Positions 29,349 to 39,119 of a stretch of DNA of 64,000 bases are shown here, piece by piece. The DNA lies in contig JAUSKH010000043.1 of NCBI GenBank assembly GCA_030647095.1, forward strand, positions 1,732 to 65,731. The letters are read 5' to 3'. Position numbers and translations under genes: made by a program. Positions within the stretch are counted from its first letter, which is position 1. Every line of letters starts with the position of its first letter. The notes beneath the pieces are model-generated. The model saw only the letters and a list, made by a program, of their open reading frames with translations, searched no databases and was not told the DNA's origin. This DNA comes from Nanobdellota archaeon (lineage in GTDB: Archaea > Nanobdellota > Nanobdellia > Pacearchaeales > GW2011-AR1).

Positions 29349-30431
29349 TTATTCATCCAGGAATTTTATTCCTAATTCTTCTTCAAGTGCATCTGTGGAA
29401 GAAAGAGTTTCTGAAGAGCCAAGAATTTGAGCACTCTTCACGCCTGTTACTATAAGAAGAACTTTAATTGTTTTGCCCATGTCTGGAGATATTTGCGCTC
29501 CTGAAATGATTTTTGCATCTGGAGATACTTTTTCTCCGATTATTTCCATTACTTGTCTATATTCATCTAGGGACATATCTGTTCCTCCTATTATATTTAC
29601 TAAGGCTCCACTTGCATTTGATATATCAACATCAAGAAGGGGATTGTTAATTGCTCGATCAACTGCATCCTTTGCCCTATCTGCTGAATCAGACTCACCT
29701 ATTCCAATCAGCGAGACTCCTCCTTTAGACATTACTGCTTTAACGTCTGCGAAATCCAGATTGACCAGACCTGATTTTGTTATTAACTCGGTAATTCCTT
29801 TTACAGAGTTTGTAAGAATTTCATCTGCGACCTTAAAAGCCGTATGAATAGGTAGATCTGGAGCGATTTCTAATAATTTATCATTAGGAATTACTATTAA
29901 TGTATCAACTATTCCAGCCAACCTTTCAAGACCGTATTGCGCATTTTCTATTCTTTTTTGACCTTCTACTGTAAATGGCAGGGTAACAACGCCTATTGTC
30001 AGAGCGTTTAATTTTTTAGCTATATCTGCTACAACTGGGGCAGAACCTGTTCCTGTTCCTCCTCCTAAACCGCAGGTAATAAAAACTAAATCAGAATCTG
30101 AAAGTTTCTTTTTAATTTCTGCTTCTGATTCTCTGGCGGCAGCTTCTCCTATTCTTGGATCGCTTCCTGCTCCTAAACCACTAGTAAGTTCGCGACCGAT
30201 TAGAATTTTTGTATCTGTGTTTGTATAAAGCAAATCTTGAGCATCTGTATTAATGGCAATAATTTCACAGCCTTTAATACCTATTTCTTTCATCCTAGAG
30301 ACAGAATTGCCACCCCCACCACCACAGCCTACCACTTTGACTCGTGTTGACTGTTTTTGAATCAAGGATTCGAGTTCTTCGTCTATGGCTTGGGTGCTAG
30401 GAGACTCTTTTTCAACCTCTAATAATTGCAT
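29349..30431 (-). CDS. ftsZ: Cell division protein FtsZ
   Basis: NTDAQDL, GLGGGTGTG, NLDFADV. Confidence 0.98.
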   Translation of the reverse strand: MQLLEVEKESPSTQAIDEELESLIQKQSTRVKVVGCGGGGGNSVSRMKEIGIKGCEIIAINTDAQDLLYTNTDTKILIGRELTSGLGAGSDPRIGEAAARESEAEIKKKLSDSDLVFITCGLGGGTGTGSAPVVADIAKKLNALTIGVVTLPFTVEGQKRIENAQYGLERLAGIVDTLIVIPNDKLLEIAPDLPIHTAFKVADEILTNSVKGITELITKSGLVNLDFADVKAVMSKGGVSLIGIGESDSADRAKDAVDRAINNPLLDVDISNASGALVNIIGGTDMSLDEYRQVMEIIGEKVSPDAKIISGAQISPDMGKTIKVLLIVTGVKSAQILGSSETLSSTDALEEELGIKFLDE

Positions 30432-30473
30432 TAGTTGGAAACGTAATAGCTATTTATAAGGATTGTTGTAATG

Positions 30474-30613
30474 ATAAAGAGATTTCCTAAGCCTTCGCTA
30501 TCCCCACAGCAAGCTGATGGGGTATTACGCTCGGCTTCAGGACGGAAATCTCTAATTGTCAAATCGGACGACGCAGCAAAGCTGCGGGGTATTAAACCCA
30601 ATTTGACAATAAA
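30474..30613. mobile_element. 140-bp twin-hairpin element (family C), second identical copy
   Basis: Base-for-base identical to 27100-27239. Confidence 0.85.
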
Positions 30614-30631
30614 AAAGCAAGAAAAGTGTTT

Positions 30632-31309
30632 CTACTTTTGAGGTTGTTCTATGTCTGAATGTTTTTTCTTTGGCTTTATTTCCTCAAATTCAAGTTCTTT
30701 TCCTATTAGCTCTTTGAATTTCTCTTTGTATGCGTTTACAAAAAGACCCATATTTTTTGGACCTTTTACTATAACACTTTTTTCTTTGATTTCAAATTCT
30801 GGAGAGAAACGGAAAAAGAAATCAAAAAGGGCAATGCATTTTTCCTTTTCATCATTTACTTTTTGAACTATAGTTAACTTGTAGAGTAAGTCCTTACCTG
30901 CTAGAGGATTATTGAAATCTACTATTACTCTTGCACCTGAAACAGTAAGAATCTTTACCAGATAATTATCAAGTGTTAGGACCATTCCTGGTCTAGGCAT
31001 CACCTTATTTTCAGTAAATGCTGATAAAGGTATTGTTTTAATAAGTTCTCTTTTTCTTGGGCCAAAAGCTTCTGAGTAAGGAACCTTTATTTCATAATCT
31101 TTGCCTATTTCTTTATCTAACAATTCTTTGTCCAAACCATAGACGACCATTCCTTCGCCTATTGCTACAATGGTCTTTTTAGGTTCTGCTTTTTCATTTA
31201 TCTTTTTAAGATCTTCTGGGATATTTGAATCAAATATCTCTCCATTTGCTAAACCTGTATACTTTATTTCTATGAAGTCTTTTTTCTTTACTGTTATGTT
31301 TTCACTCAT
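30632..31309 (-). CDS. slyD: FKBP-type peptidyl-prolyl isomerase (SlyD-like)
   Basis: GEIFDSN, AFGPR, VDFNNPLAGKDL. Confidence 0.9.
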   Translation of the reverse strand: MSENITVKKKDFIEIKYTGLANGEIFDSNIPEDLKKINEKAEPKKTIVAIGEGMVVYGLDKELLDKEIGKDYEIKVPYSEAFGPRKRELIKTIPLSAFTENKVMPRPGMVLTLDNYLVKILTVSGARVIVDFNNPLAGKDLLYKLTIVQKVNDEKEKCIALFDFFFRFSPEFEIKEKSVIVKGPKNMGLFVNAYKEKFKELIGKELEFEEIKPKKKHSDIEQPQK

Positions 31310-31447
31310 CTATAGAGTTGAGAAAGAGGGTTTAAAAAATCTTCTGAGGATTATTTATTGTCAAATTGATTTATAAATGTTAGTCTGGTGTTAAGTCCAA
31401 TTCATAACTTAAACAAGATTTATAAATCCTCTTTTCGACACAACAAT

Positions 31448-31837
31448 ATGGTTTTAAGACTCACTGATGCACATTCGGCAAAGCCAGGCACTATTATCCT
31501 TGTTAATAATGAACCTTTTCAGGTTAATTCAAATGATATCAGCAAAACAGGAAAGCATGGAGCAAGTAAATGTAGAATTGAAGCCATAGGTGTATTTAAT
31601 GGAAAGAAAAAGATAATTGCTGTTCCTGGAGCTGAAAGATTTGATGTGCCTAATGTTTCTAAACGAAGAGCCCAGGTATTAAGTGTAGGAGAGAACACGG
31701 TTTCTGTTATGGATCTTGAAAGTTATGAAACAATTGATATTCCTTATATGGAAGAACTTAAAGGGCAGATTATGCCGGAGAAACAAATAGAGTATTGGGA
31801 TGTAGAAGGAAAAAAGGTAATAATGAAGGTATTCTAA
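31448..31837 (+). CDS. eif5a: Translation factor aIF-5A
   Basis: SKTGKHGASK hypusine motif; MDLESYET. Confidence 0.95.
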   Translation: MVLRLTDAHSAKPGTIILVNNEPFQVNSNDISKTGKHGASKCRIEAIGVFNGKKKIIAVPGAERFDVPNVSKRRAQVLSVGENTVSVMDLESYETIDIPYMEELKGQIMPEKQIEYWDVEGKKVIMKVF

Positions 31838-31912
31838 CTATGGTAAATGAAAAAATAAAGTATTTGGTAAAGGGAATAAATGATAACCGGACAGGAGAAT
31901 CTTTAGTTTAAG

Positions 31913-32077
31913 ATGGCAACTAAAATACTTGCGGCACAAAAGAGAATGTTTGGAAATGTTTTTGTATGCAAGAATTGTAGTAAGAAGATTAGAACTCAGG
32001 CAGTTAGAATTATAGCTGGAAAAATAAAATGCCCTAGATGTAGTAGTCATGCGTTTAGACCTATAAGGAAGAAGTAA
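31913..32077 (+). CDS. rpl40e: 50S ribosomal protein L40e (not in ORF track)
   Basis: MATKILAAQKRMFGNVFVCKNC...KCPRCSSHAFRPIRKK, 54 aa. Confidence 0.8.
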   Translation: MATKILAAQKRMFGNVFVCKNCSKKIRTQAVRIIAGKIKCPRCSSHAFRPIRKK

Positions 32078-32094
32078 TGAAAATTTGAGGTTAA

Positions 32095-33516
32095 ATGAAT
32101 TTCATATTGTATGATATATTATTTTTAGTATTATTTACTTTAGCTGTGGTGCTTTTTCTATATACTAGAAGAAAAAATCTTCAAAGACAGGGTTTACTTT
32201 ACTTGTATAAAACAAAAGTAGGAATAAAGTTTATTGATTGGAGTGCAAAGAAATTTGAAAAGATTTTGAAACCTTTGCAATATGTTGTAATTGCTTCTGG
32301 ATATATTTTGATGATATCTATGGTATGGTTTCTAGCAAAATTCTCATGGTTCTACTTGACTTCACCAACAGCTGCCAGAGAATTGAAGATTCCTGTTTTG
32401 TTGCCTCTTTTACCTTATTTGCCTGAAATATTTAAGTTAGATTTTCTTCCTCCATTTTATTTCACCTATTGGATTATTATAATTGCTATAGTTGCAATTC
32501 CACATGAATTTGCACACGGTATTTTTGCACGTTTGAATAAATTTAAAATACACTCTACTGGATTCGGTTTCTTAGGACCTTTCCTTGCTGCGTTTGTAGA
32601 ACCAGATGAAAAACAGATGGAAAAAGCAAAGAAATTCCCTCAGCTAGCCGTACTTGCAGCAGGAACCTTTGCTAATGTTATTTTCACCCTTATTTTTGTT
32701 CTTCTTATAGGTGCTTTTGTATCGACTGCGTTTACGCCTGCTGGAGTATATTTTACATATCCTGGTGCTATTGTTAATAATTCTGATATCGGTTCTATTG
32801 GTGGACATTCTTTTGCAGAGATTAAAAATAACCCATTATTGATAGAAAATAATAGTGTTTTTGAATTTACTATAGGTAATGAAACTTATTTGACAACTTC
32901 TAGTGTACTTGAAGGTAGTATAAAAAATAATTTGAGTTATATGGGTGTTTCTCCAAATACTCCTGCATTTAGAGCGCAGATTGTGGGTGCAATTAGCGAG
33001 ATCAATGGAGAAAAAATAAACTCTTATCAGTCTATGAAAGATGTTCTAGGTAAGCTTCATCCTGGGGACAAGGTTACTGTTAAAACAATATATAAAGAAA
33101 ACTTAAGAGCTGATCCTGAAGTTCGAGAATATAATGTAACTTTAGCTGACAGAGACGGTAAAGCTTTCTTGGGTATAGGAGTGTTGAGTCCTCCTAAAGC
33201 TGGAGGAATTATAGGAGTTATTTACAATATTGTTGCCCATATAAAAGATCCTACTGTTTATTATGATTCAAATATAGGAGAATTTGGAAATTTCATTTAT
33301 GATTTACTTTGGTGGACTGCATTGATAAGTATCAGCGTTGCTCTTGTAAATATGCTTCCTATGGGAATATTTGATGGAGGAAGATTCTTCTATCTGACAG
33401 TATGGGGAATAACCAGAAGTGAAAAAATTGGTAAGAAGGCTTATAAGATTTCTACAGCTATAATCTTGACTGTTGTTGCTTTGTTAATGATAAAATGGGT
33501 TGTTGCTTTTATTTAA
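32095..33516 (+). CDS. Site-2 protease (M50) with PDZ-like insert
   Basis: HEFAH, AFVEPD, NMLPMGIFDGG. Confidence 0.92.
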   Translation: MNFILYDILFLVLFTLAVVLFLYTRRKNLQRQGLLYLYKTKVGIKFIDWSAKKFEKILKPLQYVVIASGYILMISMVWFLAKFSWFYLTSPTAARELKIPVLLPLLPYLPEIFKLDFLPPFYFTYWIIIIAIVAIPHEFAHGIFARLNKFKIHSTGFGFLGPFLAAFVEPDEKQMEKAKKFPQLAVLAAGTFANVIFTLIFVLLIGAFVSTAFTPAGVYFTYPGAIVNNSDIGSIGGHSFAEIKNNPLLIENNSVFEFTIGNETYLTTSSVLEGSIKNNLSYMGVSPNTPAFRAQIVGAISEINGEKINSYQSMKDVLGKLHPGDKVTVKTIYKENLRADPEVREYNVTLADRDGKAFLGIGVLSPPKAGGIIGVIYNIVAHIKDPTVYYDSNIGEFGNFIYDLLWWTALISISVALVNMLPMGIFDGGRFFYLTVWGITRSEKIGKKAYKISTAIILTVVALLMIKWVVAFI

Positions 33517-33561
33517 GTTTTAGATAGAAAGAATTATAAATATTATCCTGTTTGAGATTTA

Positions 33562-34131
33562 ATGGTTAAAGGAGTTGGTTTTAACGTAAATTTTGTTTTA
33601 GTAATCTCTCTTATTGGTTTTGTATTTCTTTTAGCTATGTATCCGCAGTTTAATGCTCGCGTGGTAGATAATAATTACCCTGCGAAAACTAATAGTTCAA
33701 TAGTTTACTGGTTTTTACTTGTGCTTGTTGGTGGGTGTGCAATTGCTATGCTAGATTTACGAAGAAAATTATTAGAAAGTGGTCTTGTAGCAAAGGTGAG
33801 TGGTTCGAGCGCTGGTAAATACCAAGAACATAGACAGGGTAAGAATCTTGGAACGCAAACTAGTGCGAATGCTATGGGAGAAGAGTCTTTACAAATAGGA
33901 GAGAACTTATTGCGGTATGCTGAAAAAGATGTAAATGATGGTGTAAACAAAAATCGAGTTATTGATGAATATTTTGGAGCAATAGATTATATAAGTCATG
34001 TTAAACCGTCAAATAATCGTGAAGGAGCATTGAGAGAGGCCTTACTTAAACGTGCATATAACGATTTAGCTAAATTGTATGGTCCTTACGATTTTGATAA
34101 GGCTGTTAAAGAACGTAGTTCCAAAAGATAA
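33562..34131 (+). CDS. Hypothetical membrane protein
   Basis: Two TM segments, 189 aa. Confidence 0.6.
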   Translation: MVKGVGFNVNFVLVISLIGFVFLLAMYPQFNARVVDNNYPAKTNSSIVYWFLLVLVGGCAIAMLDLRRKLLESGLVAKVSGSSAGKYQEHRQGKNLGTQTSANAMGEESLQIGENLLRYAEKDVNDGVNKNRVIDEYFGAIDYISHVKPSNNREGALREALLKRAYNDLAKLYGPYDFDKAVKERSSKR

Positions 34132-34138
34132 ATAATAA

Positions 34139-34495
34139 TTAAGTAAGAAATTCAATTCCTTCTTTTGTATAAGCTACGAGACGAATGCCTACTGGAACGC
34201 TTAATAAGGCAGAAACAAGAGCCATGTGCTCTTTGCCTGTGCCAGAAGCTATAGACAAGTTAACTTCAAAGTCTCCTGAAAGTTCTTTTTTTAGTTTTTC
34301 TAATAAATAGGATTTAAGATTTACAAGAGACAAGGATGAATCAATTTCTATAACTATACAGCGATCGTTGACTGGAAATGATTCTGCATTCCTATTTTTT
34401 ACTATAATTGCTTTTTCATATTCTGCTCTATTAAGTAAAGCAAGTATTTGTCCCCAATTTTCCTTATCAGTTCCTACAGAAGCTACTATTTCCAT
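34139..34495 (-). CDS. Hypothetical protein
   Basis: 118 aa; SGTGKEHMAL motif. Confidence 0.7.
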   Translation of the reverse strand: MEIVASVGTDKENWGQILALLNRAEYEKAIIVKNRNAESFPVNDRCIVIEIDSSLSLVNLKSYLLEKLKKELSGDFEVNLSIASGTGKEHMALVSALLSVPVGIRLVAYTKEGIEFLT

Positions 34496-34545
34496 TGAAC
34501 GAAGAGAAACAGTAGATTTATAATAATTGTTATTGTTGAAAAGAG

Positions 34546-34998
34546 ATGGTAAAGGATATTCCTTTAGGTGAAGTCATTCTAAGAAAATATGAAAAACCTT
34601 ATGATTCTTCTAAAAGAGAGCTTGTTAGGAAGGTTTGCCTGAGTCTCGGACTTTTACAGCCTGGAGATTCGAGAGATATTATTGTTGATTTAGTTTTAGT
34701 GTTGGAAGAGGCGCGTATTCAGAAAGTTTGGCTAACATCTTTTCAGATAAGAGATAAAGTGGAAATTATGCGTAAAGAAAATTCTCTTGAAATTAAAGGG
34801 CTTGCTGAATCAAATATTAGAAGACAGCTGAAAAGATTGAGGGATGCGATGCTTGTTGACAAGCAAGAAAATAAATATAGAATATCTGAGTTTGCAACTC
34901 TTTCTGAATTGTTTGAAAATAAGATTGAGAGATTTTTGATTCCGCAGACAATTGAAAGAATAAAAGAATATCTAAAAAAGCTTGAAGGAGTAAAATAA
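34546..34998 (+). CDS. Winged-helix transcriptional regulator
   Basis: CLSLGLLQPGDSRD; SNIRRQLKRLRD. Confidence 0.7.
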   Translation: MVKDIPLGEVILRKYEKPYDSSKRELVRKVCLSLGLLQPGDSRDIIVDLVLVLEEARIQKVWLTSFQIRDKVEIMRKENSLEIKGLAESNIRRQLKRLRDAMLVDKQENKYRISEFATLSELFENKIERFLIPQTIERIKEYLKKLEGVK

Positions 34999-35052
34999 TC
35001 TAGTATATTGAAGGATAGAAATTAATTTAAATTGAGGTTGAACTAGTTATTT

Positions 35053-35319
35053 ATGGATAAAGAAAGATTTGTTGAAATTATTCTTGAAGAAAATCCTGTT
35101 GCTGCGAAATATGGAAAGACTAGAGGGGCGTTGGATACGTTATACGGATGCCTTAATAATGATTCTATCACTGAAGAGCAGGTTAAATTATATGGATATG
35201 CTCTTAGAATGGGGTATGTTATTGGAAAGGCAGAAGAATCTGAAGCAACTAGCCATTTAGAAAGATTTGTTGATGCAGTGATTTCCAGAGCGGGAAAATA
35301 TTCTTTGCGTAAAAAATAG
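35053..35319 (+). CDS. Hypothetical protein
   Basis: 88-aa ORF. Confidence 0.5.
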   Translation: MDKERFVEIILEENPVAAKYGKTRGALDTLYGCLNNDSITEEQVKLYGYALRMGYVIGKAEESEATSHLERFVDAVISRAGKYSLRKK

Positions 35320-35462
35320 ATATAGTGAAAAACATAGATAATTGAGCAGCATATTATGTTTTCCCCTTGATGTCAAGACATAACCGCTTAATTTAAAATG
35401 TCATTGACTATAGTCCAGAACAAAAATGTTTTTATACTGAATTATAATCATTTGTAAATAAA

Positions 35463-36914
35463 ATGATTGCGAATTTTAATGGCAAGGTTGCTGTTATCGG
35501 AAATGGAGCGGTTTCTCAATGTACTATTCCTATTTTTCTTAGTCGTAAACATGTATCTGTTCCTGAAAAAAATATTACTGTAATTGATTTTGAGGATAAG
35601 AGAGAACAATTAAAACCGTTTATGGAAAGAGGAATAAATTTTGTTCAAGAGAAAGTTACTAGAAATAACCTTGGAAAGGTTTTATCTAAATATGCTGGAA
35701 ATCGTGGCTTGGTTATTGACCTTGCATGGAATATTGGGGCAGATGATATTATTGATTGGTGTCATCGTCACGATACACTTTATGTGAATACTTCTGTTGA
35801 GCTATGGGATCCTTATGAGCCAAAAGTTATTTTTGATAAAACTTTGTATTCCAGACAGATGAATCTAAAAAAGCTTACAGCTAACTGGTCAAATGATTCT
35901 ACAACTGCTGTAGTAGATCACGGAGCAAATCCAGGTCTTATTTCTCATTTTACAAAACAAGCATTGATTGATATTGCTGACCGTCAAATTAACGGTTGTT
36001 TTGGAACTAGCAAAGAAGGGATTGCACATTATAGAGAACTTCAAGATTTCCCTAGATTAGCTCAAGCGTTAGGAGTAAAGGTTATTCATTGCAGTGAAAG
36101 AGATACACAGATTACTAATAGACCTAAACAGGTTGACGAATTTGTTAACACTTGGAGTATTGAAGGATTTAGAGAAGAAGGAACAGCTCCAGCTGAAATG
36201 GGTTGGGGAACTCACGAAGAAATGCATCCTCCTTTGGCGCATACAGCTCCCGATGGTTGTGGTCCTCAAAATCAAATTTTCTTAGCAAGAATGGGAATTA
36301 ATACTTGGGCAAGATCTTGGGTTCCTGAAGTTGGAGAAATAGAGGGCATGATTATAAGACATGGAGAGGCTTTTGGAATATCTGATAGGTTGACTGTGTG
36401 GGAAAATGGAAAGGCTGTTTATAGACCGACGGTTCATTATGTTTACATGCCCTGCCATGAGGCTATTTCTTCATTAGCAGAATTAAGGTCAAGACATTAT
36501 GATTTACAGCCTAAATTAAGAATCATGACTGATGAAATTATTTCTGGAAAAGATATTCTTGGTGCTTTAGTTATGGGGCATGCTTACAATTCTTGGTGGA
36601 CAGGAAGCAGTTTAAGTATAGAACAAACTAGAGAAATAATTCCTGGACAGAATGCTACAACTCTCCAAGTGGCTGCAGGAGTTATTTCTGCAGTGAAATG
36701 GATGATAGAAAATCCAAGGAGAGGTTTATGCATTCCTGATGATTTACCTCATGATTATATTTTGAATGAAGCTAAACCTTATTTGGGAGATTTTATATCT
36801 ATGCCCTCTGACTGGACTCCTCTTAAAAATAGATCTGTTTTCTTTCCTGAAAATAAAGATAGCATAATTAATGGAGATCCTTGGCAATTTAGGAGTTACG
36901 CACCTCTTCCTTAA
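35463..36914 (+). CDS. hss: Homospermidine synthase
   Basis: HGANPGLISHF, SERDTQ, EFVNTWS.EG, RHGEA, YRPTVHYVY, QNATTLQV. Confidence 0.93.
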   Translation: MIANFNGKVAVIGNGAVSQCTIPIFLSRKHVSVPEKNITVIDFEDKREQLKPFMERGINFVQEKVTRNNLGKVLSKYAGNRGLVIDLAWNIGADDIIDWCHRHDTLYVNTSVELWDPYEPKVIFDKTLYSRQMNLKKLTANWSNDSTTAVVDHGANPGLISHFTKQALIDIADRQINGCFGTSKEGIAHYRELQDFPRLAQALGVKVIHCSERDTQITNRPKQVDEFVNTWSIEGFREEGTAPAEMGWGTHEEMHPPLAHTAPDGCGPQNQIFLARMGINTWARSWVPEVGEIEGMIIRHGEAFGISDRLTVWENGKAVYRPTVHYVYMPCHEAISSLAELRSRHYDLQPKLRIMTDEIISGKDILGALVMGHAYNSWWTGSSLSIEQTREIIPGQNATTLQVAAGVISAVKWMIENPRRGLCIPDDLPHDYILNEAKPYLGDFISMPSDWTPLKNRSVFFPENKDSIINGDPWQFRSYAPLP

Positions 36915-36915
36915 G

Positions 36916-38115
36916 ATGAATAAAAAATATTTGCAAGAGCTTGTTATTCAAAATGAGACTCCCCTTCTAGTTATTGATCATGCACAAATAAGAAGGAATT
37001 ATCAGGAATTTAGAGAAAGACTTCCACGAGTGCAGGTTTATTATGCTGTAAAGGCGAATCCAGTTCCTGAAATCGTTAGAACCCTTTTTGAAGAAGGATC
37101 CAGCTTTGATGTAGCGTCACGATCTGAATTTGAAGTTGTTTTTGATACTGTGAGAAATCTTCCTCCTTTGGAGTTGGAAAAATTTATTTGGGATAAACTT
37201 ATTTATGCAAATCCTGTAAAAAAACCAGATTCTCTTCACCTGCTTCACGCTTACAAACCTTTGCTTACATATGATAGCGAAGAGGAAATGGGCAAAATAC
37301 TCAAGCACTGTCCTGAAGCAGGCTTGCTTTTGAGAGTAAAAGTCAGTGATGAAGGTTCTATGGTGAAATTATCCAATAAATTTGGAATAGAGCCAGAAAA
37401 AGCTAGTGAACTTATTAAGAAAACTATTGATGCAGGCTTAAATGTAGAAGGAATAAGTTTTCATGTAGGAAGCCAGTGTACTGACCCTTCAAAATTTGTC
37501 AAGGCTTTAGAAAGTGTGGCTGGAATATTTCAGGAGGCAGATTCGAAGGGTTATGATATTGGGGAAAGTATAACGCGAGGGTATCGCGTTAAAATAGTAG
37601 ACCTTGGAGGAGGTTTTCCTGTGAGATATAATGGGCAGGAACAATCTTTTAAAGGATTGTCAAAAGTCCTGATGAAAGAATTAGATAGATTATTTCCAGA
37701 GGATAAAACAGCCATATTAGCAGAGCCTGGAAGGTTTATGGTTGCAAATACAGGAACTGCAGTATCAAAAGTAATTCTAGCAAAACATTCGACAAATCCT
37801 CCAGCTTATCACCTTGACGACGGCGTTTATCATACTTTTTCAGCTATGATATATGATCATGTTCCTCTTAATTTAGAAGCATTTAAAGAAGGAGAGAAGG
37901 CTGAATGCCAAGTATTTGGACCAACATGTGACGGGCTTGATTGTCTCTCAGAAAACGAGTATATTCCTAATTCTTCTAAAATATTTTTGCCTAGGCTTGA
38001 AGAAGGTGACTTTGTATATGCTGAGAATATGGGGGCTTATTCATCTGCCTCTTCAACTAATTTCAATGGGATGCCTTCTGCGAAAATTCTACATGTTAAT
38101 GTGAAGAAGAAATAA
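36916..38115 (+). CDS. Fold-type III PLP ornithine/lysine decarboxylase
   Basis: YAVKANP, FDVAS, SFHVGSQ, DLGGGF, AEPGRF, GPTCDGLD, GAY. Confidence 0.92.
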   Translation: MNKKYLQELVIQNETPLLVIDHAQIRRNYQEFRERLPRVQVYYAVKANPVPEIVRTLFEEGSSFDVASRSEFEVVFDTVRNLPPLELEKFIWDKLIYANPVKKPDSLHLLHAYKPLLTYDSEEEMGKILKHCPEAGLLLRVKVSDEGSMVKLSNKFGIEPEKASELIKKTIDAGLNVEGISFHVGSQCTDPSKFVKALESVAGIFQEADSKGYDIGESITRGYRVKIVDLGGGFPVRYNGQEQSFKGLSKVLMKELDRLFPEDKTAILAEPGRFMVANTGTAVSKVILAKHSTNPPAYHLDDGVYHTFSAMIYDHVPLNLEAFKEGEKAECQVFGPTCDGLDCLSENEYIPNSSKIFLPRLEEGDFVYAENMGAYSSASSTNFNGMPSAKILHVNVKKK

Positions 38116-38257
38116 TCCTTTGATCAGATTTTCTATACAAAGCAAATAAAAAGTCTTTGTGTGAATAGTCCTTAGAAGGGGTTACTTATTACACAGAATT
38201 TCTATTATTTCTAAGTAGTCGCTTAGATATTTATAGTTAAAAAATGGAAAACCATTC

Positions 38258-38761
38258 ATGATTAAAATAAGAGACATAAGGGCAAAGCATCTTGGAAAGG
38301 AAATAGAAGTCAGAGGAAGAATAGAACATATTAGTGCGGTGCTTCCCACTGTTGAAAGTGCTACCTTTGAATGTCCATCCTGCGGTAAGAATCTCATAGT
38401 TAAACAGATTGATAGAGTATTTAGAGAGCCAACTAGATGTCCTTGTAATTGGCAAGGTGCTTTTAAGCTGTTATCTAAAGATTTTAATGATGTTATGAGA
38501 ATTGTACTGCAACAGCTTAAAGAAGATTTAGACAAGGGTGAGGATGAATTAAGCGAGAATGATGAAAACCTTTTGTCTAGAGAGATCAAAGTATTCTTAA
38601 AAGGGGATTTATGTGATCCTAAAAATCTGATGATTGTTAAACCAAAAAAGACCGTTGTTGTAAAGGGCCACCTAGAAGAAGTCCCTGTTTTTTATGATGA
38701 TGGTAACATTTCAACAAGATTTGATATTGCAATTGACGCAAGCAAGATTAAAGAGTATTAA
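38258..38761 (+). CDS. Stand-alone MCM N-terminal (OB-fold/Zn finger) domain protein
   Basis: IRDIRAKHLGK..., ATFECPSCG...EPTRCPC, REIKVFLKGDL; no AAA+ domain. Confidence 0.75.
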   Translation: MIKIRDIRAKHLGKEIEVRGRIEHISAVLPTVESATFECPSCGKNLIVKQIDRVFREPTRCPCNWQGAFKLLSKDFNDVMRIVLQQLKEDLDKGEDELSENDENLLSREIKVFLKGDLCDPKNLMIVKPKKTVVVKGHLEEVPVFYDDGNISTRFDIAIDASKIKEY

Positions 38762-38882
38762 TTTAAGTTTTGTGCAACCTACCTCCAAATTTGTGCAGGA
38801 AATATTTACTCATAAGGAATTGTGCAAAGCCAAATAAAAAGTACATTGTTAACTTAACGGGTGCTAAGAACATCAAAAAAAT

Positions 38883-39032
38883 TTAAGTCTTTTTCTTGCG
38901 TTTTCTTGGTTTGTTCCAATATGGGCTTTTACATTCAGGACATACAGAGGGTTCTTCGTTTCCTCTCGGTATCCATTTATGCTGACATCTTTCGCATTGA
39001 AAACCCTCAACCTCAAATTTAATCTTTCCCAT
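38883..39032 (-). CDS. Small zinc-ribbon protein (not in ORF track)
   Basis: MGKIKFEVEGFQCERCQHKWIPR...VCPECKSPYWNKPRK, 49 aa. Confidence 0.7.
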   Translation of the reverse strand: MGKIKFEVEGFQCERCQHKWIPRGNEEPSVCPECKSPYWNKPRKRKKKT

Positions 39033-39119
39033 AGTTATTATACTACTAACAAGTATATAAACTTATTGTATATGATTAACTACCGAAACCTTTATATAGT
39101 TAATATACCTAACTAATAT

